Positions 27,103 to 41,091 of a stretch of DNA of 64,000 nt are shown one piece after another. A model generated the notes under the pieces. It had not been told where the DNA came from. It saw only the letters and a program-made list of their open reading frames with translations, and did not search any database. The translations under genes were made by a program, and so were the position numbers. The DNA is taken from the NCBI RefSeq assembly GCF_964355755.1, contig NC_092678.1:6588422-6652421 (forward strand). Direction: 5' to 3'. Within the stretch, counting starts at the first letter, position 1. Each line of letters starts with the position of its first letter. Source of the stretch: Antedon mediterranea (Eukaryota; Animalia; Echinodermata).

Positions 27103-27170
27103 ATTTTTTTTTTTTTATAATAAGATTTTTAAAGCGCACATACCACTCCAGAGTGCTCAAGGCGCATTTA
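27103..27170 (-). mobile_element. L2-type LINE/SINE 3' tail
   Basis: Minus strand reads GCGCCTTGAGCAC...GTGCGCTTTAAAAATCTTATTAT then poly(A), the stem-loop-and-tail pattern of L2-related elements. Confidence 0.45.
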
Positions 27171-27741
27171 AAAATAAAAAAGAAATAAATCATACAAATT
27201 CCTGACAAATAAAATGCAATTTCTTTGGAGAGTCCCCATCCGTTGTCGTTCTGTCGCGGTCCCGGACCCCTACCTAGGTGACCAAACAAAGGAGCAGGAT
27301 ACACATTTGCCTTGCCACAGACGACTGGGTGCTCAGAGACAACAACCAAGACAGAGGCACCCCAAAGATAATGCTGGCCAGGAAAAGGTATACAAAACAA
27401 TTCTAAGTCTAAAAAAACTTTAAGAAACCTCATAGTTTTCTTCCATATAGTTGACAATAATATCGTTAAACCTTTTATCAAAGGATCCAGGATGTTGCTC
27501 ATTTATTGGAGGGAATATCTAATGTACTATGTTGCACTAGGTCAAAGTTTTACTGTATATAGTTTTGAAAAATGAATATTGTGTTAATAGGTTAGTGTGA
27601 ATGCTAAAAGAATGTTAAAAGGAAACGATTTAAAGAATATTCAGATTGTATAATAGTGGAGACAAAATTCTAAACCTTGTATTTTATGAATTTAATTGTA
27701 TCTGTAAAAGAAAAATAAATCAATTTTAAAAGTGATATTCA

Positions 27742-27935
27742 GGATTGAAATTATAAGATTGAAATTAAAAGATTGAAATCAGAAGAATTAATTTCAAAGA
27801 TTGGAATGTATAAGATTGAAATTATGAGATTGAATATATATAAGATTGAAAATTATTAGATTGAAATTTATAAGATTTTGACATAGGATTGAAATTATAA
27901 GATTGAAGTTTATAAGATTGATTATATAAGATTTT
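27742..27935. repeat. ~14-15-bp minisatellite (ATAAGATTGAAATT)n
   Basis: About a dozen degenerate copies with an AGATTGAA core. Confidence 0.88.
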
Positions 27936-30532
27936 AATCGGAATATTATTTTTTTATGTGATTTTAATTTTGCCTGTGGTGTTTTGCATTGATGAAATAA
28001 AAGTAATTGTAGTCTATAATCGTATCTAGTCTTTATGAGTAGTGCTACATATGCTTTAAGTTATTTTACATCTACCTTTTTATAAAAGCCCAGAGGCCGA
28101 TACACATCACTGTCAGCAGCAATACCAGTAGATAAGTGTGGTATCACAAACAGTTATATTTGGGTGAAAGATCCATTGCCTGCCCTCCGATGTCAATTAG
28201 GCTTAATTAGTTCTCAAACTGATAAGGGTAAGTTCCTTTGATGTATACTATCTCAAGTAATTAGGGATGAAAGTTGGAGTGCCGCGACTTCAAAGGCAAG
28301 GAATTTACCACCCCTCGATCTGTGTTAGCTGAGAATTATCCAGTAAAAACAACGTGGAAATATTTGCGTGCTCATCTAAGGTAACTTTAGTATTCTCCCA
28401 TCTCACCTGCATAGATGATCTTGGATGTTTAAATTGAGTCGAGATATCGAATAGATAATTGGCAATTTAAATGCTTTAAATAGTCACTGCCATGTGTTCT
28501 GTGCTGATATGATGTAATAGAGCCAATACATTAAAAAATACTTGCAAGATTATTAGATTGCCAATGCAGCTGATAAAAGATTTTAAATTTTAATACAGTC
28601 TGAAATCGTCTAGTTTCTGATGCCCTTCGTGAAAGTTTTTGTTTTTACTTTTCGTTTAATTTTTGTACGGCACTGTTTTAGCAATATAATTTAGAATAAT
28701 TTTCTCGAAAACAGAATTTTCCTGTTTATCATGAACTTTCTCAAATACCAGACATTTAATTTTGGCCAACTAAAGCAAGTAAAGCATTCAGTAATATAGT
28801 ATTTGTACTTTCCTGAAAATGTAACTAAAAAACTCTCTCAAAAATTCTATATTGTTGATGACTTTCCAAAAGAACATTTTGGTAGAATTGGTTATTAGCA
28901 TGTATTACAATTATTGTAATTCCTTGAGATCATTATACTATTAAAGCAAAATATATGATCTAATTTTGTTACAATGAATGAAATTAAAGTAATTTATAAT
29001 GTGTGATAAAAGTCGGGATGCTTTAAAAAAAAATTTGTAACAAGGAACATATTGGCCTGATAAGACGTTAATATCTGTCAGTGTATTATAAATGGCACAT
29101 TGCTAATACCTATAGTTATACTTCGTGTAAAAAATATACTTGATTGACAGAGGTTTTAGCTATTCTTGGCAAATTGGTGAGAAAAAGAACAGCTCATCGT
29201 AGACAAGGGATCTTAAAAATGCCTCTAATGTCACATAAATTGTCATGACATTTTATAAAGATAATTGATGACGAAAAAGCGCACGGAAGTCTCATAACCC
29301 ACTAGTTAAACACGAGAAAACGAGCAACGTTCACATTACGTGTTAGGCATTGCAAAATAAAACGAGTAAAGCAATTAGCGACCCAATTCAACATGCTAAG
29401 AACATTCTTTATGCAAATAAACGAGGTAAACAACCACAGAGGATTTGGTGGAATTTATTCAATGTGATCTTCTGAATTTATGAAGTAATTAATGTAAAAT
29501 AATAACTCATTAATTGACTGAAAGATTTAATTATGTTTTTATTTTTATGATCTAAGACTAACTGAAAATCACAAATTAGGGAGGTAATAAGAAAATACTT
29601 ATAATGGATGTTAATAAATAAAGAATGATGATATCGGACTCTCATTGCCATATCCATTGGATGGGATGTAGAGCCGTTGTTCCCATATCACATCGATGTG
29701 CCGATCTGGTAGGCACTGGCTACTGTGAATATCCTCCGTTTCCAGTTAAGCTTGAGTAAATACAGATCTTTGTTGAAATCTAATATTTTAGACTGAAAAT
29801 AATTTTAACCAGTCACTTCCCAAAATTACTAATTGGAGCGAGCCTGATTTCTTACTCTGGTAAAACCAAATATACATTCAAATACATCCATTTTTCTTTC
29901 TATATATAATTAACTATGTTCCACAAACAACATTTATTGCAATTTTAAACAAAAAACATGATTAGATTATCATAATTTTTTTTTTCCCGGAATGTTATCC
30001 AAGGATTTTTATCCGATATATCATATTAGTATGACTCGGTAATCACATCTGGAGTCGTGATATTTCTACGCCGGAGCAAAAGTGTAATTAACATCGGTAA
30101 ATGTACTCATTTTGTAAAAGCCAGTGGGATACAATTCCATTTTTTATATCGCTTCATATATCATGTTTAAATTCAGAATTTGATGACTTTCTCTAGTTTG
30201 ACATATTCATAAAAATAATCATTTTGATAGAAAACTAATATTGATAGTAATAGCCAGGAAGTTAAGGCCGTCGTTACGATATCTTGCTATCCGCTGTCAT
30301 TATTTATCGTACATCAAAAAATGTCTGATAACGTTGACCAATGCTCGTTTCAATTACAGATTTTTTCAGAGGGTTTTACGAGCATTAAGAAAAAAATATA
30401 TTTGTTACTCATGAGAATGAGAATGTTTCTTTGTTTCATTTGGAATATACAAATATTTGTGACTTTTTCAATCCTAAAATTATTTCAAATCATAACCTAG
30501 TTATGTAAGTAACCTAGTCAGGTTTTAGTATT

Positions 30533-31068
30533 AGAACTTTCAATCCATCAACTTAGTTCTCAAATCATATATTAAACTTTCAATGCATTTAGACTTAGTT
30601 CTCAAATTATACACTAAACTTTCAATCCATCTAGACTTAGTTGTCAAATAATACACTAAACTTTCAATCCATCAACTTAGTTATCAAATCATACAATAAA
30701 CTTTCAATCTATCTAGACTTAGTTCAGAAATCATACACCAAACTTTCAATCCATCTAGACTTAGTTCACAAATCATACACTATACTTTCAATCCATCAAC
30801 TTAGTTCTCAAATCATACACTAAACTTTCAATCCATCTAGACTTAGTTCTCAAATCATACACCATACACCATACTTTTAATTCTTCAACTTAGTTCTCAA
30901 ATCATACTCTAAACTTTCAATTCATCTACCAAGTTCTAATCAAATCTTACTAAATGCTCATTCCATCTACCAAGTTCTAATCAAATTCTACGCTAAACTT
31001 TCAATCTATCAACTTAGTTCTAAATAACTTTCAATCCATCTACCTACAGTTCTAATCGATTCATACAC
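30533..31068. repeat. 40/42-bp minisatellite
   Basis: AAACTTTCAATCCATC(TAG/A)ACTTAGTTCTCAAATCATACACT repeated roughly 12 times in two length variants. Confidence 0.9.
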
Positions 31069-33444
31069 GTTTTCTTTTTCTCAAAATTTTGTCATTGATG
31101 TACCATTATTCTCAATAGCCCACTGGGCTAGTTTAGCTATTTACTAGCTCGCATACCACATTACATACAAGCCCACACTGTCATTACAAATCTATGAGTT
31201 TTAGTCTATTATCTAGGGACATGTCATATGTTGTTTAACGAACCGGTCATGCAGGAAAATAGATTGGCTACTGTACTAGATAGTGTACACTGGAATCAAC
31301 TGGCATTATATAGTTGTACAATATTTCTTTTTAATCTTTATCAATTTCAAATATTTCTTCGTAACTTGTATAATATAATGTTGCTTTGATCTCAGAAGGG
31401 AACCAATTTGCCTACTAATTAATTTAAACAGATTATATTTTTGATAAAACGTAATATGGAATTCCAAAGAAGATATACATTGATACAAGATTAGATTCTT
31501 TGTAACTATAATTGAGAGGGCTTGTCTCAAAGTTGATCTGAAAAGATTAGGGTGTGATTGCAGGATCAATTGATGTAATTGGAAAGGGAATAAGAAATAC
31601 CCAGATGGGATCTTTAGGGCCAATTGTCCATTAGTCATTGCACCTTACCAACTGCCATGCGTTTAGTAGCCTTTGAGAAAGGCCTGAGACAAACCAGGGG
31701 TTTAATTAACCAATTAGTGGTCATGCTTTGATGGAACGCTTGAAGATGCCGCTCTAGACCTAGCATGAGGTCCCAGAGGCTTAGCCACATGGTTGAGGTA
31801 ATCAAAAGCTCTGTGACTTGAGAGCTTTGTGAGCTGAGTGATGAAATACAGGGCCTAGCAGGTGAAGGCAGTGCATATTGAAGTTGTAGTCAAACTGAAC
31901 AAATTGCATTTTCTTTAACAATTGTTAATTCAAACATCAAAAGCGGCTTTTCATGTATGGAATTGATATTTTATGACATAGTGAATAATCAGTTGTCAAA
32001 ATCTGATATGAAACAATAATCGTAAAAAAATGATGTCAGGAAGTGCAGCCGTGGTTCACTTAGCATGACAAACCCGCATTGAAATGCATTTCTTAATTAG
32101 AAATTACTTTTAGGCAAAACATTATGTCGCCATAAACACAACACATTACTAATTTAATGTATCAATGAATGTATCTCTAATCACATTAAGTAGGATTTAT
32201 TTAATATTTATCAACAATCTGATCTTAAGTGGTTTTATTTGCGAGCAAAAAAAAGTGAGATATGAATTAATGGCAAATTAAACATTTATGGTCTAAGCGG
32301 AAATGTGAACTTGTTTAACAAATTAGCGTATGTAAATATAATCCGGTATTATCACATGCTCTAGTAGAATCCCAGGTCCTTTTAATTTAAACTCAAATTT
32401 CATCTCATTGTGAAGGCAATCCAAGCATAATTTTCTTCATTTATTTTTCTTAATTTACCCTGGATCTACATTCGGTCATATAAAAAAAAATGATTTGGTG
32501 TATATGCCACAATTTGAAATTATAAATGATATTATTACAGTAAAATTGCTCCTTTAGGACATCCCTATTAATGGGACACTGTTGGGTCTCGAAAGTAATA
32601 GGGGTGACGGTCCTACTGTCATTAAATTAGACACATACACATACTACATGTAAATTGTACAAACATAAACATGTTATTTCTTTAACATAAAATTTACATT
32701 TTAGAATGTTTGGATCCTTCATTAACTTCAAATGTTCATTTCTGTTCTAAATTAAACTGTATTGTTCATGACCTACCTTCATATTTTGACATACTTATAA
32801 TCTATAACTTATTATTTACATAATGCTAATATAGTAATTTAATAGCAAACAATTAGTGGTGAATATAGAATTATGTCATGTCAAAATGAATCAATATATG
32901 ACCGAATTATCAATCCCATTGTGAGTGTGCTGCTCACTGAAGAGACCATAATTGAGTTGTTATTCTGCTTTGCCATTACCTTGCAATGAAACAAAATATA
33001 CTACACATGATCTTATGAAGTTTGACCAATGTGAGTGTTCAGGGATATAGTAATTATGAACATGGATATTTGAACGCAAATTTTAAAGATGATATTACCG
33101 TCGTTATTAGGCCTTGTTTTAACATGGTTATGTTATTAAAGCTTGACGTGACCATCGATGTGTTATTTGTTGAAAAAAGTGAAGGTTGATTTCGGAAACA
33201 AAATGATTTTATTAGGTCATGTTGTGAACTTTTTCTTTTTTCTTCGTTTCTGAAGTAGATTGGTTGAATGACGTAGATGTCAAATCGGCTGGTATTTTAA
33301 ACTTAAATTAAGTTGACAGTCTTAATAGAAGTCCTTATTCTTAAAGCTATTTTATTTTGATCATTTGTTTTTGTAGAAGCAATGTCCGCTTTTAAGATTT
33401 CTATCTTCCTTTTCAGTGTTTCCTTCTATTGTTTTACCAATTTT

Positions 33445-33782
33445 TTTCCAGATTTTTCCAAGTTTAGTGTTTCCTGGTAAATAGTTACTTGACACCAGTT
33501 GAACTTCCATTCGGTTGGAAACATTTTCGGTTTCTTTGATATTAAAATAACAATATTTATTCACAATAAGTGCATCTTTTCCTTCCTTCCATTGTATTCC
33601 TGGTGGTTTTCCAGATTTTTTCCAAGTTTAGTGTTTCCTGGTAAATAGTTATTTGACATCACTTAAACTTGGATTTGCTTGGAAACATTTTCTCTTTACT
33701 ATATTAAAATAACAAAGTTTGTTACCAATGTCTAGTGCATATTTTCCTTCCTTCCTTTGTATTCCTGATGTTTTTCCAGATT
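33445..33782. repeat. ~163-bp tandem duplication
   Basis: TTCCAGATTTTTCCAAGTTTAGTGTTTCCTGGTAAATAGTTA present twice with downstream similarity. Confidence 0.8.
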
Positions 33783-34590
33783 ATTAAGTTCAATGCTTTC
33801 TGAAGAATGATTACATTGAATTTTAATTGGATAAGAGTTTGGAAAACTTTAGGTTTGTGCAAAATTATATCTTTTTTGTTCAAATTTTTTCTCCAATTCC
33901 ATACAGGCAAAGAAAGAAATGATGAGGTCAAAGGCTCAACAAAATGTTTTTAGTAATTTGTCAGTCGAAAAAAAATGTGTATCTTGCCACTTGATTGGTT
34001 AGTTGTACATAGTACGTGCAATATGTTTAGAAAAAAATGCAGAATAAGTTTTTACACTTAATAACAAAACAATATTCATTTTCCTTCAGTTGATCACGTT
34101 TGAGACATCTATTGATAATTGTACTTTACTTTACGAATGTATTGAAATCAATACAGTAAAGCGATTTAGAATTTGATGCAACTTTCAGATATCAATCGTG
34201 TTCCTAATTGCAAGATTGTAAAAATTTTAACACTTGATCCAGCGACCGATTCTTATGTTATAGCACCAGAAGATAAACATACCAATCTGCTTATGGCAAG
34301 TTATTTGTAGGCTTGTAATATATATGTTTACAGTTAGGCCTAGTACCATATTCACTTGCTGCTTTGGGCTACAGAAGTCATAATATAGGCCCTATTAAAC
34401 TTGGATGCTTTGAGGTAGTTCTGTATAGACCTTTGCTAGCCTAGGGTATGACAGCTGCACTTTCTTAGTATTCTAAGATAGCTACTACTGTATGAATGAT
34501 GTCAAATATAAAATACTGCCAATTTGGCCTATTCAAATTATCTTGGTTGATAAGGATTGCTATCCAATCGAATTTAAACAATACAATGAC

Positions 34591-34655
34591 AGCTCTGTGG
34601 TCTAATGGTTAGACATATTAAACAGAAGGTTCCAAGTTCGAATCTCGGTTGGGCC
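34591..34655 (+). mobile_element. tRNA-derived SINE head or decayed tRNA
   Basis: Pol III A-box-like TGGTCTAATGG and B-box-like GTTCGAATC at tRNA-like spacing, but no intact anticodon arm. Confidence 0.55.
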
Positions 34656-37600
34656 GACTTTTTCTCATTCTCACAGATTTCCTCATTTTTATCGTTCCTA
34701 AATTAATTTTCAGTGTATTTGTTCTATGCCTTTAATCTATAATTACATTATATAAATATTGAATACTGTACTTTAAGCATTGACATGTTGTGATAAATTT
34801 ATGCTAATTTAGTTTACTATCGTATTTATAAAGGCTTGTTGAATATGGAGTAACATTGTCTACTGTATTTGCTTTGACATATATTGATTCTATAAAACGC
34901 AATTATGCATAAATAAACCCACGCCGGTGTTCAATGCAGGATTTGTCCGTCTTAACATTCATATCAAAATCCATTGACTTATTGTTTTGTTGGAACTCAG
35001 TGAATCATACTCTTAGGCTAAACCTGGTGATCATGTGATATATAATCATGTGATTCAATGATGTTGTCGTACCTACTATTCGTCCCGTAGTCATGTTTAC
35101 ATAAATTGATGCGTACTTTACGCTAATGGCAAGATGGAGTGTTTTCATTTCCTTTTAGAATAGGTCTGCGTCTCGTTGATTGATCAATCACTAACATGGT
35201 ATGACTTCTGCTGTCGAATCATGTAAATAGTACGCCAGACGAAATGGCTGCACGTACTTTAATTAATTTGGGATGCCTGGATAAAACCACTGATTACTAA
35301 ATTCCATTAATTTCTTTTATTTAGATTTAGTTTGACTTTACCCAGAATAGATAACTGTAAGATTTAAAGGGTGTCTGACTTGTCACGCAAGAGACACAGT
35401 CCTAGTTTCAGGGAAACTTTTTTGTTATTGTTGCGGATTTTCTAATAAAATTTCTCTCTTTGCCTTTGAAAAACAATTATGACTAAAGAAGAAAATAGTT
35501 CTGTTATCAAAATGTTTTTTCCAATCACAGACTATTAACTTTAGAAGTATGGGATAGTACTAACAACCTGAAAGTAGACTGCTCTTGATTGGACAGAATT
35601 TGTATTGAAAAAAGTTTTCTGCCAATTAAAGATTATTATTATTATTGGATAGTTTTAACTACCTGAAAGTAGACAGCTTTTGATTGGTCATTTATGTTTT
35701 ATAGTGTAGGGCCTACAGTACAGACATTCTAGATATTCTATGCATTTTAGCACAATTTTTTGCATCAGTGAAGACTTTGCTTATTATAGAGGGCGCTATA
35801 GTAGCTTTTTAGAAGTTGACAGATTGGACTCAAGTATATTACTCAGTATATGATTTATTATAAATATATTTTTATTAAAAGTGTGACATTTTTGTGAAGT
35901 TGTTTTATTTAGAGGCATAACTGTAAATCCGATACAAATGTTCAAAACTAAAAGTAAAATAAATGATATTTAAAATCTGAATGCCAGATTTAAATGTTAA
36001 TATAAGTTGAAGGTTGGATGAAAGTCAAATGATGGTTTCTTAACCACGTACATCCCGTAAGCGACTGTTAATAAATGAGTATAAAAAAAAAAACACAATC
36101 GTTGACGTTATCTGTTATGGAAAATTATTCAAGTCTGTTTTTTATGATTGCGATATGGTACGGAGGATGAATCAAGCAAGCTTTTGCATTAGAACGAAAA
36201 CGAAGTGAGAAGTCATCCGTCAAAACCTGTCCAAGCACACTTCGACCGTCGCTCGCTAATCAGAATACTCGAAACGGCACGTCAAATTGTAGTTGTTTTA
36301 ATACATCTCGAGTAATAACACTCTATTCGGTTTAATAATGTGTCCACAAGTATGCAGAAAAGACAATTAGAGCAAGATGAGTCATTATATACTCATGCAA
36401 GCCTTTTGAATTGAGCACCGTTCTGGCAACTCGTAGCCTAGCTTTATTGAGTGCATGTTGTTGCGAAGTTTACAGCATTTACGCTGATGCTGATTACGGG
36501 CGTGTGATTCACTCTCCGGAGACTTAATTTATTTTAGTTATCCTCTGACTAGCTCAGCAGTCAGCAAATTAAGATGACTTTTGGGTTGTCATGCATAGCA
36601 GCCATTTTTGACAGCGATAATAAATATTACCATTAGGTAGCGTCAGGGTTTGCAGTTGTTTTATTTTCTATCACATATCTTTTTATGACTCAACTGCATT
36701 GTTCTTTAAACATTTTAAATTATTTAACTCATTATGTTTTTCTTTTATTTATATCATGTTCCTACTTTTCCAACTGGTCACTTCTTTATTTTCTAAACTA
36801 AATCTTTCAATATTTTATTTGATTTTCATTGGTTCACTTATTTCAGAAATACATTCTTTCTGCAATAACGTATGATTACCCAGTCGGCATAAGCTGACTG
36901 GGTTCTCTTTTTCAGCCAGTTCTTTTTTTCTTTCTTCTTTCTGGAAGAATTTAAAACCGCTACTAGTTTCAGACGACTGATTTCCTCTAAATTTTGTCAG
37001 TATGACCGGTACCACCTTCTATTTATGTGGTGTTCAGAATAAAAATTGCATAAACAGGTTAAAAGCAACAAAATGTAGTTACTACACAGTAACTGTAATA
37101 GTAATAATAATAACTTGGTCCCTTAACTAATATTTGATCAAACATTATTAAGTATCATTTATCATCAGTATTTGCACTTTGCAGACAAAAATTAGACTAA
37201 TAGACTATACCTGCATATTTGTATTCATTAGTTTTTGTCATTATACTTGAAATCTAATAGCTTACCAATTAAACAGTATTTGTGTACTACTCTAAATTCT
37301 CATGCAGACAAATTGCCGAGGAATATATTTGGTGTATTTCAATAGGTTACAAAATAACGTTGTACTTTCGACCATCATCAAAAATTATTTAAAATATTGT
37401 GTTTTACCATCATAATGGATTGACATGTACAAATATTCTGTCAAGGAATAAGAATGTTATGTTCTAGCATACAAGCATACAGTCAGATAAATCTTATCTT
37501 TTTCACCGTGTCCACATTGGCTATCCTGCAATGCCATATTATGTATCACAGTCTGTTTTTGAATAAAATAGATTATAAACATTTCATGAGGTGAAAGATG

Positions 37601-37904
37601 ACATTTTCTATTTTTCTCCAATTTGCCTCGTTACACGATAATATAAAATTCAATTCAATTTTGGAGGCAGCATACATTTATTACCGCAGGTTGATTTTCT
37701 ACTGTGATCAGTCAACAGCTCATTGTGTAACAAGAATGCCCATAACAAAATTCGACAGGAATATAAAGTGTTCAATGGAGTAGTTATTGAATATCATGTG
37801 ATTCACAATCCACCAAGAATCTACTTCAGTGTGTTATAATAATGTCAGGATGAACTGTTAACATATATAAATAACAAAATGTTGTTTTCAATTGTTCTTT
37901 TCAG

Positions 37905-38018
37905 TATGACGAGTTTCTCTTTGATGATAATAACTCATTACTAGATGACTTACAACTTGACATGTTAGAGCGAACACATCAGGAGGCGATGCAATTCACA
38001 GCCTGCCTTTTAGATGCT
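37905..38018 (+). CDS. PDZRN4: PDZRN3/4-like, post-PDZ2 exon
   Basis: tttcag|TAT and GCT|gtaagt; YDEFLFDDNNSLLDDLQLDMLERTHQEAMQFTACLLDA matches the LDDL-MDMLE--H--AMQFTA family motif; 114 nt. Confidence 0.95.
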
Positions 38019-39468
38019 GTAAGTATTAATCTAAAAAGTCCCAGAAACATAAACATGTTTGATTCTTCAAGGGACAGAAAATTGTATGTTGGGTGCTCTA
38101 GCCTAAATTTGACCTTACACATTTTAATACTGAAGGGGGAATGGAAGGGAAAAAAGGACTTTTTTTCATTTATTAACTGACAAAAGAACCAAACAAGTTT
38201 GATTTTCTGATCTTTATAATTTATTTTTACAAATAATGGTGCGTGATATCTTTACCGTCTTATCCATACCTGCCATTACGATTATCAATTACTAGATATT
38301 GTCTTAAATGTGACCGAACACATTTTCCATGGCAATGTAATACAATAAAATGAATCTTTTATGCTCGTTGCATAGAATTTATTTCAATACATTCTCTATT
38401 TTCTCGTTACCATTTGAAATGGCATTTTGAAATGGTGGTTACATCTAAATTGAAAACAAATTTGTCCTGGTTTTAGCAAAATGTTTTGAAAAGTTATCGT
38501 ATCATTTTTATTAAATGTCGAATTGATTTAAATTTGTTTTCAAATTTTACAAAAAATATGTGATAATATGCTTATCACAATCTTATAATTCATTAAAGCG
38601 TGGACATTTTAGTAGAGACTTTTCTTAGGGCCTGTTCACACCTACAGCATTTTGTATGGAAAATATTATTTTTATTCAATTAATAAACCATTACCTAACC
38701 TCACATGATACATAATTATTAAAGAATTGTCCTATGATACTGGGAAATTATTGTCGAGATACAGCACTGAGAATCGGGTATTTATTCCAAATTTGGCAAA
38801 AAAAAATGAAGTGTGAAAATGCAAATATAAGATTGTTTGCTTCTGTCATTGGTTTTTAAAGTTAATTTCATCTCATAATCAATATACCCTCTTAAGTTTT
38901 CAGTAGATCCTTTTCTCTTAATGAATTAAAAAATAGAGCTTGTGTTTGTCATAAAAATGCAATTTAATGAACATTTATAAACATGAGATGACAAGATATG
39001 GAAATGAACATATTGATTGAGTCATCAATTTGTATCTTATGGAAATTACAAGTTCCTTCAAGACTCTATATTAAGACCTGCGGATATTAGCCGCTTTCAT
39101 GTATAGGCAGTTGCCATGGGAACAAATAAACACAGTGAGAGCTCCTTATTCAAGAAAAATAGCAGAGTAATTTAGTTTAATGCTCATTCACGATGAGTCA
39201 TTTTGTGTCATTAATAAATGCTGTATTTTTTATTTTTAAAGCCTCTGAAATGTTTGATGTTTGGTAAGAGAAAATCCACTGAAAATAATAAACATTTGAC
39301 AGTTCATAAATGTTGCAAACACTATGTATAAAAATGTCACAAAAAGTTTAGCACCAGGGATAATTAATAATTTTAAAAAGAAACAAATACTGTCTCAAGA
39401 TTTATGGCCCATTTTTAAGTTAAAAAATTGACATTAAAAAGTAAAAATGAGATTGATTGCTTTTATAG

Positions 39469-41091
39469 GAATGCCATCAAGACGATGACGCTCTAACAAC
39501 TGATACGGGAACAACTGAAAACACATCAACAGGAAACGCATCAACACATAAAGACAGTGGAGTTGGACACGCAACTGATGAGAGTGTCCGTAATGATTCT
39601 GAACAAGAAGGTGCGGGTGATGGACTATCTAATCAATTGGCAGATCGAATTCGTAATGGAGAATTACGTTGTTCTACCGATAGTTTTATGTCTAATGAGC
39701 AGGACATTGTCCATGAAATTTCATTAAGTGAATGTTTAAAATTCCGTGAACAATTATCAAATAAATGTGATAAACACATGCGGAGTGACACGGACAGTGA
39801 AAGTTTACGTGGTAAAGAGTCAAAGGTTATGAGATTAGGGTCTGATTCTATGGAAACGACTAGTGTTAGCGGAGAGGATACGTTAAATCGTAACGGACAA
39901 TGGATGGGAATGGCACATGATAGTCAAGTATCGGTGATATCACAAGATGTTCAGGATAGTATCTGGGCCAAACAAGATAGTTCTAACACTCAAAGCATGG
40001 AATCTGTTGATAGTGCGGGAAATTCTAAAGATAAATCAACACCTGAACCCCCGGTAGCTACTGGGAGTGGTGATGAGACTGAAATAAAGCCGGATGGCCC
40101 AGTTGAGCTATCATTAAAATTAAAAACACTTCAGAACGGTAAAGCTGACACTACAGCTCACATGAGTCTTGTTGATAAATCTACGAAGAAACCGTTACTG
40201 AGTGGGCGACACCGAAGTCGCTTACCTAAAACAAATCCTTCAAGTCCGCGTAAATCATCATCATCTAGTTCGCGTGACCGTTCTAGTAGCAAAGAAAAAT
40301 CAACAGCTAGCCCAGCAAAAGAAAAAGTTAAAACTACTAGTCAACAAAAATCTCACCATCAACGAATGCCCGCTACTAATCCTCGATTGAGGGCGCAATT
40401 GTCTCAACGTACACCTTACTTTGCACGAATCCAGGAGCAAGCGCAATATTTACACACTAAAAACAGTTTCTTGCAAAAAGAGAATATTCAACTTCGCAGA
40501 AGTTTAGAATCTCTTAGTAGTATTACATCGATTCCAAATTACGCTAAGCATTACCGTAGTTACATGCACCTAGTCAAAAAGAACGAAGAGAAAGCATATT
40601 TGGAGGATAAAGAAAAGGATAGCAAACAAGAATCGCAACCAGAAATGAAATGGAAGGTGAAAATTCGTAGCGACGGAACACGATATATTGCCAGAAGACC
40701 AGTAAGAGATAAAATATTAAAAGAACGTGAAAATAAATTACAAGATGAGAGAGCCGGTTTAACGACTGATGACGAAGCAATGAGTGAAATGAAATTGGGA
40801 CGGTATTGGAATAGAGAAGACCGTAAACGGCACGTGGAACGTGCAAAGGATCAGAGACGACGTAGAGAATTCATGGTGCAGGCTCGAATGGAAGCCTTGA
40901 AGGAACAGGGTAATGAAGAAAATAAAAAGCAGGATATTTTCGATTTAAGTCGTAAGAAAATGAATAAGAAAAAAGCCAAAGGTGGCTGGGATGACTTTAT
41001 GACTGTCGAAGAAATGCTAGCTCATGGTATTCGCATTAGCCCTAGCAATTCAAAAGAATTCAACCCTCTTCTTAATGTAACCACTGTTTAA
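39469..41091 (+). CDS. PDZRN4: PDZRN3/4-like, terminal coding exon (LNX3-homology region, C-terminal VTTV)
   Basis: ttatag|GAA acceptor in frame with the 484-aa ORF; motifs KDSGVG-TDES-RND, IP-YAKHYRSYMHL, WKVKIRSDGTRYI-RRPVRD, GLTTDDEAMSEMKLGRYW, MTVEEMLAHG and PDZ-binding VTTV-stop. Confidence 0.97.
   Translation, partial: ECHQDDDALTTDTGTTENTSTGNASTHKDSGVGHATDESVRNDSEQEGAGDGLSNQLADRIRNGELRCSTDSFMSNEQDIVHEISLSECLKFREQLSNKCDKHMRSDTDSESLRGKESKVMRLGSDSMETTSVSGEDTLNRNGQWMGMAHDSQVSVISQDVQDSIWAKQDSSNTQSMESVDSAGNSKDKSTPEPPVATGSGDETEIKPDGPVELSLKLKTLQNGKADTTAHMSLVDKSTKKPLLSGRHRSRLPKTNPSSPRKSSSSSSRDRSSSKEKSTASPAKEKVKTTSQQKSHHQRMPATNPRLRAQLSQRTPYFARIQEQAQYLHTKNSFLQKENIQLRRSLESLSSITSIPNYAKHYRSYMHLVKKNEEKAYLEDKEKDSKQESQPEMKWKVKIRSDGTRYIARRPVRDKILKERENKLQDERAGLTTDDEAMSEMKLGRYWNREDRKRHVERAKDQRRRREFMVQARMEALKEQGNEENKKQDIFDLSRKKMNKKKAKGGWDDFMTVEEMLAHGIRISPSNSKEFNPLLNVTTV

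Noticed and set aside
30533-31068. 40/42-bp repeats as a CRISPR array
   Set aside because: Units are directly adjacent without unique spacers, lie in a spliceosomal intron, and no cas genes are present.
34591-34655. Functional tRNA gene
   Set aside because: A and B boxes are present, but the anticodon arm is missing and the acceptor stem pairs poorly.
39637-41091. 484-aa ORF as a stand-alone gene
   Set aside because: It starts at TTG inside a larger exon beginning at the 39469 acceptor and is the last PDZRN exon.
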